64,000 nucleotides of DNA from assembly GCF_009914755.1 (NCBI RefSeq), contig NC_060938.1; one strand, given 5' to 3'. A model generated the notes under the pieces. The model had not been told where the DNA came from. It did not search any database and worked only from the letters and a program-made list of their open reading frames with translations. The DNA is from the human T2T-CHM13v2.0 reference genome, Homo sapiens. The position numbers and the translations under genes were made by a program. Shown piece after piece: positions 47,676 through 62,226 of this stretch (its first letter is position 1; every line of letters begins with the position of its first letter).

Positions 47676-48124
47676 TAGTTATGTCAAATAATTAGAGGTC
47701 TGTGGATAAGCCAAGGTATATATTTATGATGTGATTAAAACCATATCCAAGAACTGTCTACTGATTCAGTATCCGGTATCATCCATTCAGACCAGTTCAT
47801 GAATTCAAACAGTTCAGCCCAAAGACATGATATAAAATACTTTTCATCCTGAAAAAGTAGCCCAGGGATATTTTCAAAACGTTGTTTTAACCCCAAGAAA
47901 AACATCCTTCCTAATCAATAGTCCTCTAGTGTGCAGCTGTGATGAAAGAAGATCTTGTTATTCCTCCTGCCTAGAATTTACTACTATCTTTGTTGTCCCC
48001 CAATCCCCCATACCCCTGACTCTCACTCCTAGCCATCTCCTAATCTTCTCCCTCACTCCTCCATGCCTTCCCAAAAAGGCAACAGCATCAGGAAAGGGAC
48101 ATGAAAATGGAATAAGATATATCT

Positions 48125-48251
48125 CTTTTTTCTTTAAGAGATGGGGTATCATTATGTTGCCCAGGCTATTCACAAACTCCTAGCCTCAAGCAACCCTCCC
48201 ACTTCGGCCTTCCCAGTAACTGGGACTACAGGCATGAGCCTCCACACCTGA
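48125..48251 (-). mobile_element. FLAM monomer
   Basis: agagatgggg...tatgttgcccaggct...actacaggcatgagcc, single arm. Confidence 0.8.
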
Positions 48252-48617
48252 TAGAAGCACCTCTTAAGAATAGGAACATGAAGATGAGATCATTTCTAAC
48301 AGACAAATTACAAAATTCTCTGTAACTATTTAGGTTGGCATTTGGCTGGATTTTTAGACAATTTTTCTAGCTTTCCTTCTAGCCCTGAATCTGTATAGAA
48401 ATTGTTTATATCACTTGCCTATTCTTTCTTTTCTTATAAACTCTTAAAGATGAAGGCCTCTATCATTCTCAAGGTCATGCAAGGGGTCATTCAATAGATA
48501 CATGTCTGTTATCGGTCCTGAGCCTAAGGCTGTCATTTGCACATGCCAACTCCTAGTTCCTCCATCTGCTAAAAGTACACTTCCCTGAATGCTTTGAAAG
48601 CATATAGGCTTTAGATA

Positions 48618-48871
48618 ATTTTTTTTAGAGGCAGGGTCTTACTCTGTCACCCAGACTGCAGTGCAATGGTGCAATCATAGCTCACTATAACGTCAAACTC
48701 CTGGGTTAAAGAATCACCTGCCTCAGCTTCCCAAGTAGCTAATTTTTTTTTTTTTAGAGATGGGGTTTCACTATGTTGCCCAGGCTGTCTCAAACTCCTG
48801 GCCTCAAGTGATCCTCCTGCCTTGGCCTCCCAAAGTGCCGGGATTGCAGGCATGAGATACTGTACCTGGCC
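48618..48871 (-). mobile_element. AluJ with internal deletion
   Basis: ...ccaagtagct joined to aattttt; segment between (a)gct repeats missing. Confidence 0.85.
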
Positions 48872-51111
48872 CCTAGATAAAATTTGAAATCATTTGCTTA
48901 GTTATTTTCTTGTATTCATCTAGGACACTTCCCCCTCCTTACCTATCTCTGCTTTCCTCCAGCCATTTCTATTTTTAGGCAGGTTAGCACTTATTGATTT
49001 GTAAGGCTACTCCCTTCTTACTGTTTCTAAGATCATATGACAAAAACAACTAGTTACAAATGCCATGGTCAAAGAGCAGAAGATCTGATCCTTGCAGCAC
49101 AGTCTAAAAGAGAACATTTTTTGTTGACTGGTAGAGGGTCAACCAATGTGATAGTTAAAAACACACACACACTGCTTGAGTTTGTCTCAGGAGGTATGGC
49201 TAATATCCATTTATTTTCACTAATTCTTAAGTCTGGAACGTAACTAGCAGGTATGTTCTGTTTTTTTCTCTGTCTCTTCGCTGGGAGTCAGATTTGGAAG
49301 CAGAGTCACTGCAGCTCTAGAACTGTCCCTGACAGTGTTCCCAGGCAGCACAGTGGTTGGAGTGATGGTAGAGCCAGCCGCTTGTGGAGGTGGGGGTCAA
49401 GGTCTTGAGCTGATCCCCCAGGACCTGAAATTGACAACTGCAATGGCTGCCTTATGTCACACAGGACCGGATCAGCATTGTCTCGGCTGTCAGTGCTGGG
49501 AACTGGCCAAACACTCCATCACTGTCTATCTTGGAGTGAGCCCAAGCCATGGGCTCAATAGCCTTCCTTATTTTCTAGAATTGATCAGTTTCAATTCAAC
49601 AACTGGGTCTCCTGGCATGCACACCAGAAAGTATCACCGTGGCCTTCTGCTATGATTTCCTGGGTGCTGGGAAAGCTACAAGACTCCACAACTCCCTTCC
49701 AGTCCACCAGATGCTCCTGAGATCCCTAGCAGAGCTTTATCCGTTTGATGTGATCCCCTGAGAAATGTATGTGCTCCTGGGGGAGGGGGGCATTTAAGCC
49801 ATCCATTCATTCAGCAAACCTCGTTGATTGAATACTCATTACTTGCAAGGCACGGTGCTGGGCCTTAGAGGCTTCTCTTTGCCTGTAAGGAGTTCACAGT
49901 CCAGTCAGCTATTAAGCATTTGTAGTAGCTCATTGTGTGGGGGAAAAAAGAAAATTGGATAGATTTTAGTCAAGGAGAAGAGAGAAGCGGGATACCAATT
50001 TCCAAGGCTAGGGAGGAGAAAGCAGGGAAAGCGGAGCTCACCCAGAGAAGATAAACATGTGCAACTTCCCCAGCTGCTCCTAAAGCCATGCCCACACAGG
50101 CTGCCATGGTAGACAGATGGACAGATGGACAGAGAGCAACAGTGGGTACTTCCACAGGTCCAGAAGCACATCTTTAAAATTATGTCAGAGAACTTCAAAA
50201 GGACTCTTGAAGTCCCCATATAGAAGAAAGCACGTTGGGTTTTTATAGCGATCCAAGCTGCTGGGTACAATCTACTGAAATATTGGACTGAACAACAGAA
50301 AAGCGGCTCTTTTCCCAGCCTTCTTGGCCCCCATCGCTCACTTCCCTCCCTTTACTCACGCTCTCAAATGTTGAGGCCATGATCCCCTTAATAATGACCC
50401 AGGGGAGCAAGAGAAAATTTTCCAAGACCTAAGGTTACTTTGTTATAATTTCATCTCTTTCATCTCTTTTTGGCCAAAGTCCCTTCTACGCCTCAAATCC
50501 CCCCCTGAGGTAACCATCAGCCCTCTTGGGAGGTTCTTCCCACAGCAGGTCCCTGCAGCTCTCTGCAGGAATTCATCCGGGACCATGCCCCCACCCTCTT
50601 AAGGTCTGGTGACTAGTGATGGGGCAAGGATGAGCACTCCAGCTGCTGTCCTGACCCAGTTGCCTCTCTGCATTTCCTTTGTGGAATACACTGCTCCCTT
50701 TATACGTAACTGTCAACCACCTTAGGGGCTCAGAGAAGCTACATTTAAGGGAAGGATGAGAGCCTTGTCTCTTGAAGTGGGGTCTGCAGACCAGTAGCAA
50801 GGGCACTACCTAGAAGCTTATTAGAAAAATAGATTCTCAGGACCCACCAGACCATCTGAAATAGAACCTTCACATTCACAAGAACCACCACCACCACCCA
50901 GCCCCACCTCCCCCCAGCCTTACCCTCCCCCACTCCATGCTCCTGATTCAAATGCACTTGTGATGGCAGCAGGAGGAGAAAACAGCTCCAGCCCTGCTTG
51001 CCGCCCTGTCTCACACTCAACTGAAGGGCCACCAATCCAGGTGTGAGCTTTCCTATCTCTGTTTTGGAGCCACACATTTCTTGCAGCCTTAAGAAGAGGC
51101 TCTGGCCTTGA

Positions 51112-51529
<418 letters not shown>

Positions 51530-51998
51530 CACGTGTTTATCCCTTATTCCTCAACCACATGCTTCCATAGCTCATCCCTGTGTCACTTACTCCCTGCACT
51601 ATATGCCAACCGGGGGCCGGCATCAGATCTCTGTGACTAAAAATATTCTTTTATTTATTATCCATCTGTTGAATCCCTATAGTGGGCCAAATACTCTGCT
51701 AGACATTTGTCCTTTAAGCAAGAGCTTGTGGATCAGAGTGCACAGTCCCACTGTGTAGCCCTCATTAGAAATTTGTGATTGGAGGGGAGGGAGAGGCGTA
51801 AGCTTCACAAGATAGGGATGCCAGAGCGACAGCAAAGGTAGTCAGTATGCTACTGCAGCTCACCCCAATCATACTCACACGTGGCTCTTCTGTAACATCC
51901 TTTGTCTCTTGGCCAGTCCCTTCTTGGAGGGCAGGGCTCAGTAATGTACCAGTCCCCCCAGGAAAGAATAGGCTGGACCGAAGTGACAAGAGTCTCTT

Positions 51999-52656
<658 letters not shown>

Positions 52657-53298
52657 TCAAGAGCCAAGCCCAGCTCAGGCTGAGTTGCCCTTCCAGGCAG
52701 AGCCAGCTTAGACAAGAAGTTTAACAATCCTCCAGAATTCATTTGGGTTTTCCCAGATGAAGGGTCATAGGTCAAGACTGATGGAAGCAGAGAGAGGCCA
52801 CAGGTCAGAAAGTTATCTGAGCAACGAGGTCAGGTTAGGGCAACAATGAAGATACCGTGGAAGCTGTGAGCCAGGCCCGAACAGCCTAGGAAACCAGACT
52901 GAACCAGCCCCTTCTTCTCAGGAGGTGCTTTCAAAGATGGATTCAGGTTACAGTAGCCCACGGCTCCCTACATCCTCCTTCCTTCCTCACCATATTCCTT
53001 CCCCACCCACCCCATCCTTCTCCCCTGCAAATATGACTTTTTTCCCCTCCTCTGATTTTTTTTTTCACAAGGCTGTCATTTCTCTGCAGTTACTGGCAAA
53101 GCCACTGAATATCACCCCTCCCCAGCCTTTCTCCCGTGCCAGGTCCTGAATACCTTGCTCCACGGGGACAGAGGAGGGGAGGTGATTTCACATCCCTCCA
53201 TCCAGGGGAAGTCTCAACCCCTCATCCACAGGGCTCCCTGGCACAACCTCACTTTGCCTCTAACCCATTAGTGACTGACTCCAAGAGGGCTATCATCT

Positions 53299-53600
<302 letters not shown>

Positions 53601-54288
53601 TTATTTCTAATTCCCTTTCCTATCCTGGAGCCTTTAACCTTCTGGTCTAATAGAGATTGCAGTTTCAGCCACCCATGCTAGCCTTGACAGTGTCATACTT
53701 TACGCAGCTGAGCATCTACAGGTTCCAAGAGAAAGATATGAGGTTAGTATAATAAGAGAGTTTAGCAAATAACCCCTTGAACTGTTTAAAATATATATAT
53801 ATATATAGTATTATAAATGTTCTATGTTGGGACTACAAGAAAAAGTATTAAATTATAAAAGTTTATCATCATTCCCCTTCTATTTTCCCCTCCTTTGACT
53901 GAGGAGAGAAAGCACCCTTGGCCACCCAGCTTCCCTCTCCCCAACAGCCCAAAGGAGAGTATGAGGGTACCAGCCATGCCCTGGGCTTTCCTGAGTTGCC
54001 AGAAAGGAGACTAAACCCTTTACACAGGCATGCTGTTAAAGAGGGTAGAAGCAAAGCTTCAAGGCTGTGGCAGGCCATGAAAAGTTCTGAGAAGAAGGTG
54101 GTTTTAAGAAGCAGTGCTATGGTTCAGGATTTGAATCCACTCTGGTGTCTTTATCTTTCAGGTGAGATCAGAATGGTTTACAAGCATTTTTGGCTGCAGG
54201 TACTGTGTGTTTCCTTGTATGTGAAGCCACCATGAGAATGTACCACATGGTTCCCATTTATATTTGAGTTGCATTTTTTAAATGCTTT

Positions 54289-54534
54289 GTTTTGTTTTGA
54301 GATGGAGTCTCACTCTGTTGCCCAGGCTGGAGTGCGGTGGCATGATCTTGGCTCGCAGCAACCTCCGCCTCCCAGGTTCAAGCAATTCTCTTGCCTCAGC
54401 CTCCTAAATGGCTGGAATTACAGGTGCGTGCCACCACGCCTGGCTAATTTTTGTATTTCTAGTAGAGATAGGATTTTGCCATGTTGGCCAGGCTGGTCTC
54501 AAACTCCTGACCTCATGATCCACCCTCCTCAGCC
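54289..54534 (-). mobile_element. AluS, 5'-truncated
   Basis: TSD TTAAATGCTTT at 54278-54288 and 54535-54545. Confidence 0.9.
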
Positions 54535-55949
54535 TTAAATGCTTTTAAATGCACAGAAATTCTAGTGAATTAATTGTACCTTACCTAAAACTGGGCAGAA
54601 ACACATCAGCAAAGCCAAGAATAAAAATTCAAATCCTCAGATTGCTAATCCAGTGAACCTACTGACCCCAGGAGCCAAATATGCACAAGGCATCTTTCTA
54701 TCTTTCAGTGACAACGCATAACATAGGTTCTGAAAGGAGTCAACATTAAGTGCATCCTTTCACCAGCTTTGAAACTCTCCTTAAGAGGAGTAGCTAGCCA
54801 TGCACTTTATGTTGCTGATAAGCATCCCAAAAATTATATTTTTATTTGTAGGTGCTTTGAAGGAAAACAATTAGGAAAAATATGTGAACAAGGACAGAGA
54901 AGTGGTAGACTTCTTACCTTATACAAATTCTGAGAACATACTTAATAATAAAGGTAACAGTGAAAGATGGTCTTGCATATACTTATTGCAGAAAGGATCC
55001 AACCGCTGTTTTATCGCAAATTATCATATATACAATCCTCCCCAATCATAATTAACCATCAAATGTGAATCAGCAGACATGAATATTTCTTGACATATAT
55101 TAAGAAATAAAAAATAAGGTTACGTTATTTTTATTTGAAAAGAACCTATGTTTCGTTACCTAAAAAGAACCCATATTCTGGCTGGCGATATTAGAAAAAG
55201 ATAAATGAAATAAATAAAGGGAAAAACCACAAATACATAAAATTCTAGGACTGAATAACAAAGAGACAGGCAAGTAAATATAATCTTAGGATGACAACCA
55301 TGCACCAAAGTAGAAAACAGAGAAAAACAGCTTAATGGTCTCCAAATTATATTGTAATCATATGGAAAAGAAGTTATTGAGAGCAGAAACACACACTAAA
55401 TATTCACTTGGCTAGTTTATCTCACTATACCTAGACATTGTCAATAAAGGGCTATATTTAGAACCTAATTTACTATGTTGTCTTTATAGCTCATATATTT
55501 CTTTCAGTTTACAACTAATACATTTTGGCAAATTCCCACATTCTCAAATGCACAATATTTTCTTGGTACCTTTGGAAAGCAAGTATAGGTAGAGCATTAG
55601 TGGTTCATCATAGTTTTCTGAAAAAGATGAGTTGCTCTGCAATACACAGTTTATAAACCTCCACTGCAGCAGACCTATTTATCACACGTTCTACTCGTAA
55701 AATTATAAGCTTGGTCCTACAGCCTAAAATAAATCTGGATAAGCCTAAGACGAAAGCTTCTGAGAGTCAATCTAGGAGAAATGATAGAATTTAAGTGATG
55801 GGAGGTAAGTTAAATGACATTTAATCCAATCTGTATATACATCAACAACAGCACAATAACCATGATTGCTGAGCATCCAAATACTAGTTTTTCTAACTGT
55901 TTTACATGTTCATGATAGCAAAGAATGGAAAAAATAAAGTGTTTTCTGT

Positions 55950-56720
55950 GGTTATTTTACATATACATGTAGAATTTTATCTCCTGCTATCTGCACATTA
56001 TATCCTGAATATTTTACCACATTCCCCATTATTTTTTAAAAGGTTCCATCTTAAGGCTGCTCCGTAACTGTTAAGGACCAATCCCTGATTGTTGAGTGTG
56101 TAAATGGTTTCCAACTGTTAGCTACTATAAACACTTTGATGACGAATAGACTTACATATACACATTGTTGTACACATGTACAGGTTTTTTTTTTTTACCA
56201 TAATTACCAAATGCCCTCTTGATATAAATACCTGATAGTACTTATATCAACACTACATTAGCTTTTATTCTGTCATGGGGGATACACTGCAGAAATAAGA
56301 CTGCCGAGTCAAATGTGAAAAAGATGTTTCCTGTTTAGGCTTTGATCTATATTGCCAAATGGCTTTCCAAAAAAATGAATCCATAAATTTGCATTTTCTC
56401 CAGCAGTGTGAAGTGTCCACATTCACCAGCACTGGGTATTTCTTCTCTTCGTCATTGCCAATTTGAATGACCCAAGGTTGTATCTCTCTTTAATTTAAAT
56501 TGTTTTCACTCCAATGTTAATTTGCCCTTTATATTTATTTCTTTGTAAATTGTCTATATTCTTTCTTTTTTTCTTTTGGGTTAATCCTTATTGATTAGAA
56601 AACCTGTTTATGTATCAAAGATATAATCTTCTTTGACCCTCATATATTGTAACCATTTTTCCTGGTGTATTTACCTTTCTTTTTGATAACATCAAAAGTT
56701 ATCTTTTCTATAGGACAGTA
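55950..56720 (-). mobile_element. Ancient L1 (L1ME-like) fragments
   Basis: tattgccaaatggctttccaaaa...ctccagcagtgtg...cattgccaatttga antisense ORF2-like motifs. Confidence 0.55.
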
Positions 56721-56762
56721 ATCAGTTTTCTATTGAACCTAACCACCTATGCTAACATTGCC

Positions 56763-57080
56763 TTTTTTCTTTTTTTTCCTTTTTTTTGAGACAGAGTCTT
56801 ACTCTGTTACCCAAGCTCTGGAGTGAAGTGCCAAAAACATGGCTCACTGCAACCTTGATCTCCTGGGATCAAGCCATCCTCCCACCTCAGCCTCCCAAGT
56901 AGCTGGGGCTACTTGATACACACCACCATGCCCAGCTAATTTTTTTTTTTTTTTCATGTTTTGTAGAGATGGGGTCTCACTTTGTTTCCCAGGCTGGTCT
57001 CAAACTCTTGAGCTTAAGCAATCCTCCTGCCTCAGCCTCCCAAAGTGCTGCAATTACAGGCATGAGCCACTGCACTTAGC
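56763..57080 (-). mobile_element. AluJ
   Basis: TSD CTAACATTGC at 56752-56761 and 57081-57090. Confidence 0.9.
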
Positions 57081-58369
57081 CTAACATTGCTTTTTAAATA
57101 TTATAAATGCCTAGTTCTTCAAAATGCTCTTTGAACAAGATTTACCATCTTACCGGTTCACTCACCAATGAGTTAATAAATCTTTGACGTGCTCATCCTA
57201 TATTCGCATGAAAGCTGTGTTTTTAACTTTCCTAAAATTATATTTCTCGCTATATCCAGAATCTAGTGTTTCTTCCTCCAACAAAGCAGCTTTGTGGTAC
57301 TACATACACCACAGTCAGGCATGCCTCATTCTAACTAGCAAACACAGTACACTAGACACAATAATGCAGATAGCTGGTTATGTGCTAGCAACTGAACGGC
57401 ACTTGGAGGCGTCCCTATAACTGACCTGACATTTCCAACATTTCTCTTGAAAGCCATCTTATAGTCATCATATTGACTTCAAAAGACCACTCTCGGCAGC
57501 TGAGACAGCCAACCCAATGAGGAAGGGGCTTTGATGGTTTACAGGGCATGAACGACACTTCCTCATCCAGATTTGCAGAACACACACTGTTTTGTGAGAT
57601 GACTGAAATGCTAAGGGAAGTAGACGTAAGTTCTACCTGAGCTATTTTCTCTCTGGGTGGAACTCAAGACAGCAAGACCAGGACTTAGACTTCATTAGCA
57701 TCTCATACCAAGTCACAAAATTAACCACTCCAATTCACTCAAAGAAGAAAGACAAGAGAGTAAAGAGTTTAATGGATTTGGGGGAAAGGACCTTCATTTT
57801 ACATACTTAACAGGTCACTGACAACTTTTCACACTTTATTGAGAGAACCCTCTGAGCCATTAGCAGGTCATTTGACCTACTCTCTTTAAAACCTCTCTAA
57901 GCTCAGAAAGCAACACTAATAGCTCCAGGAATAGAAGGTGATCTGAGATTTTAGTCTGACCACTGTCTGCCAGGCAGATTTGCTGGCTAGAGGCACTTCC
58001 CAGCAGTTCCAATCTTGCCAGGAGCTTCAAGCTGCCCCTCCGTACATTTCGAAGAACTTTATTCTGCCCCTGGTGCTGTATATCTGCACTGTGTATTCAG
58101 CATCTATTATGTATGCCAGGAACTGGCTGTGTACTCTGGGGTATACTGGGCATGGAGACTCTGCCCTCAAGGATCTTCCTGTCCAGTGGGGAATATCAGA
58201 CAGATCTAAATACCTATTATAGGGTAGAAAATGACTAGTAATTCACAAATATTAAGATCACACCATGTGCCAGTTAATGTGCACTGAGTATTCAGTGGAG
58301 AGCAAGACAGGCTAGTCCTTGTCCTTAGAATGGGTTCAGTAAGCATTTGCTGAAAGAGGAAAAATAACA

Positions 58370-58610
58370 GTCGTTTAGTACCCACCATAGGTCAGACTAT
58401 GTTCCAGGCATTTTCTCGTTTAATTTCCTTCTCACAAGTACTTTCTTTGGTAGGTGATGTTATCCCCCATTTTTAATAGATAAGGAAAGAGGGGCTCAGA
58501 GATGGTAGGTGACTTTCTCAAGGTCATTACAGTGATGAATAGCAATGATAGGATTCGAATACAGAACTATCTGACTTGAAAGATCCTGCTCTTTGAACCT
58601 CACTATGTTT
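58370..58610 (-). mobile_element. MIR
   Basis: tatcccccatttt...agataaggaaagaggggctcagaga...tcaaggtca. Confidence 0.7.
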
Positions 58611-59326
58611 ACCATTAGCATTTTATGACAATAGCTTCCTTCTGTGCAGGTGTGACTGACTGATTTCCAAATTAAGAAGCCTCATAGGACACAGGCTGGC
58701 AAGCAATAAGGCATCCACTGCTAGTCCAAGATAAGGACTCACGAAGCCATGACCCGTATAACCCTCAATGTTTGATTGACATTTGATCTATCTCTGGCTG
58801 TCCCTTGACATCCTCTGGCATAAACTGTGTGATCTACTTATCTTCCTTCTGATAGAACGAGAGAATAAAAGGGCCGAGAAGAGGAAATGAAAAGTTAAGG
58901 GCACAAGCTCTGCCCCCTCTTTTTAGGATTCCTCCAGCAGTACTGGCCCCACACACAGACAGACTAGACAGCCACTACACAGCAAAGCTGAACATCCAAC
59001 ATGGCTTCCACACCCATAATGGCATCCTCCCTTCCCCCACCATTTTGCCTTAACTCAAGGAAATTATTTTAAGTCATTCTCTTTTACTCATTTTGAGGAA
59101 AAGAATAATTCAGGACTTCAAAGCTTAACAAAGCCATCAGAATGAAGCCTCAGTTAGTGAGCCAGGGCAGCTCCACCCTGTGTGCCTACCTTCTTGGCAT
59201 CATCTTCCCCAGTGCACCCTGGGCAGCTCAGGACCACAGCTGTTCCTCCCCCAGTGCACCCTGGGTAGCTCTTGGCCATCCTCAGGAACTCAGCTCAGAC
59301 ACCCCCTCCTCCAGAAAGCCTTTTCT

Positions 59327-62226
59327 TTTTTTTTTTAATTTCAACTTTTATTTTAGATTCAGGGAGTACATCTGTAGGTTTGTTCCATGGGTATCGTGAA
59401 TGACACTGAGGTTTGGGGTGTGATAGTACCGATCACCTGAGTACTATGCTTACTACATACCCAGGTAGTAAGCATAGTACCCAATAGTTAGTTTTTCAAC
59501 CCATCCTTCCCTTTCTCCCTCCCCACTCTAGTAGTCCCCACTGTCTATTGTCGCCATCTTTGTGTCCATGAGTACCCAATGTTCAGTTCCCACTTATGAG
59601 AACATGCAGTATTTGGTTTTCTGTTTCTGCATTAATTAGCTTATGATAATGGCCTCCAGCTGCATCCATGTTGCTACAAAGAACATGATTTTATTCTTTT
59701 TATGGCTACATAGTATTCCATGAGGTATATGCACAAGGCTTTCTTTATCCAATCCATCCTGGATGGACACCTGGATTGATTTCATGTATTTGCTATTGTG
59801 AATAGTGCTACAATGGACATACAAGTGCATATGTCTTTTTGGGAGAACAGTTTTTTGGTCTTTGGTTTTTTTGGATATATACCCAGTAATGGGATTGCTA
59901 GGTCAAATGGTAGTTTTAAGTTCTTTGAGAAATATCCAAACTGCTTTCCATGATGGCTGAACTAATTTACATTTCCACTAATAGTGTATAAGGTTTCCCT
60001 TTTCTCCACAGTCTGACCAGCATCAGTTGTTTTTTGACTTTTCAGTAATAGCCATTCTGACTGGTGTGAGATAGTATTTTACTATAGTTTTGATTTGCAT
60101 TTCTCTGGTGATTAGTGATGTGGAACATTTTTTCATAAACATGTTGGCCACTTGTATGTCTTCTTTTGAGAAGTATCTGTTCATGTCTTTATTAAAAAGT
60201 TTTTTGGTTTTTGCTTCTTGAATTAAATTCCTTATAGATTCTGAATATTATACCTCTGTCAGATGTGTGGTTTGTGAATATTTGCTCCCATTCTATAGGT
60301 TGTCTGATTACTCTGTTGATAGTTTGTTTTGTTTTGTTTTTGTTTTGCTGTGCAGAAGATCTGGAGTTTAATTAGGTTCCACTTGTCCATTTTTGTTTTG
60401 GTTGCAATTGCTTTTGAGGACCTAGTCATAATATCTTTCTCAAGGCCAATGTTCAAAATGGTGTTTCCTAGGTTTTATTCTAGAATTCTGATAGTTTGAG
60501 GTCTTATATTTAAATCTTTAATTCATCTTAACTTCAGTATATGGTGAAAGGTAAGGGTCCAGTTTCATTCTTCTGCATATGGCTAGCCAGCTATCCCAGC
60601 ACCATTTATTGAGTAGAGTGTCTTTTCTCTATCTCTTATTTTTGTAAACTTTATCAAACATCAGATGGCTGTGGCTGTGCAGTTTTATTTCTGGGTTCTC
60701 TATTTTGTTCCACTGGTCTATGTGTCTGTTTTTGTACCAGTACCACACTGTTTTGTTTACTGTAGCCATGTAGTATAGTTTGAAGTAGGGTAATGTAATA
60801 CCTTTGGCTTTGTTCTTTTTGCTTAGAATTGCTTTAGCTATTCAGGTTCTTTTTTGATTCCACATGAAATTTAGAATAGTATTTCCTAATTCTGTAAAAA
60901 TGACATTGGTAGTATCAATGATAAAAAGTCAAACTTTGTAAAATATTTGAAGAGATTTATTCTGAGCCAAATATAAAAACCATGACCCATGACACAGCCC
61001 CAGGAGGTCCTGAGAACATGTCCCCAAGATGGTTGGTTACAGCTTGATTTTATGCATTTTAGGGGGGGACAGAAGTTACAGAGACATAAATCAGTACATG
61101 TAAGGTGTACGTTGGTTAGGCCTGGAAAGGCCAAGGGCTTCCAAGTCATAGGTGGATTTAAACATTTCCTGACTGGCAATTGGTTGAAAGGGTTAAGCTC
61201 TGTCTGAAAAGTTGAAATCAACAGAAATAAATGTTTCTAGTTAAGATAAGGGGAGTTGCAGAAACCAAGGTTCTGCAACCTATCTATATAATATATAGGT
61301 AGATAGTTATATAGATGAAGCCTCTGGGTAGCCGGCTTCAGAGAGAACAAACGGTAAGCGTCTCTTGTCAGACCCTGAAAGTGCCAGACTCTTAGTTAAA
61401 TCTCTCCTGGATCAGGAAAAGACATGGAAAGGAAAAGGAATTTTCTATGGACTGTAGACAAGAGACAGTTTTTCAAGGCCATTTCAAAATATCTCAAAGA
61501 TATTTTAGGGGAAAATACTTTGGTTTCTTTCAAGGCTTGTTCTCTTTCATGTGATGCTATACTAGAGTCAGGTTGCAATTTGGTATCTTATTACTACAGA
61601 GCCTGTTTTGTCAGTCACAAGACCTCTGTTTTCATGTTAATGCTGGTCAGCTGTGCCTAAATTCCAAAGGGAGGAGAGTATGATGAGGCATGTCCCACCC
61701 AGCCCCGCTTCCCATCATAGCCTGAACTAGTTTTTCAGGTTTACTTTGGAATGCCCTTAACCAAGAGGAGGGTTCCATTCAGTCAGTTGGGGTGCTTAGA
61801 ATTTTGTTTTTGGTTTACAGTAGTTTGATAGGAAGGCTGTTGAATCTGTATTGCTTTGGGCAGTATGGCCATTCTAACAATGTTGATTCTTCCAATCCAT
61901 GAGCATGGAATGTTTTTCCATTTGTTTGTATCATCTATAATTTCTTCCAGCAGTGTTTTATAGTTCTCCTTGTAGAGACATAGGTATTTTATTTTTGTGT
62001 GGCTATTGTAAATGGGATTGTGTTCTTGATTTGTCTCTCAGCCTGAATGTTATTGGTGTATAGAAATACTACTGATTTTTGTACATTGATTTTTATATCC
62101 TGAACCTTTACTGAAGTCATTTATCAATTCTATGAGCCTTTTGGCAGAGTCTTTATGGTTTTCTAGGTATAGAATCATATTGTCAGCAAAGAAGGATAGT
62201 TTGACTTCCTCTTTTCATATTTTGCT
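59327..62226 (-). mobile_element. 5'-truncated older L1PA/L1PB interrupted by an LTR
   Basis: Antisense 3' UTR and ORF2; 15-bp TSD CAGAAAGCCTTTTCT at 59312-59326 and 62227-62241. Confidence 0.92.
60913..61819 (-). mobile_element. MER4-group (ERV1) solo LTR inserted in L1
   Basis: aagagatttattctgagccaaatat...aggaggtcctgagaacatg...ttagaattttgtttttggtttaca; 4-bp TSD GTAG at 60909-60912 and 61820-61823. Confidence 0.88.
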
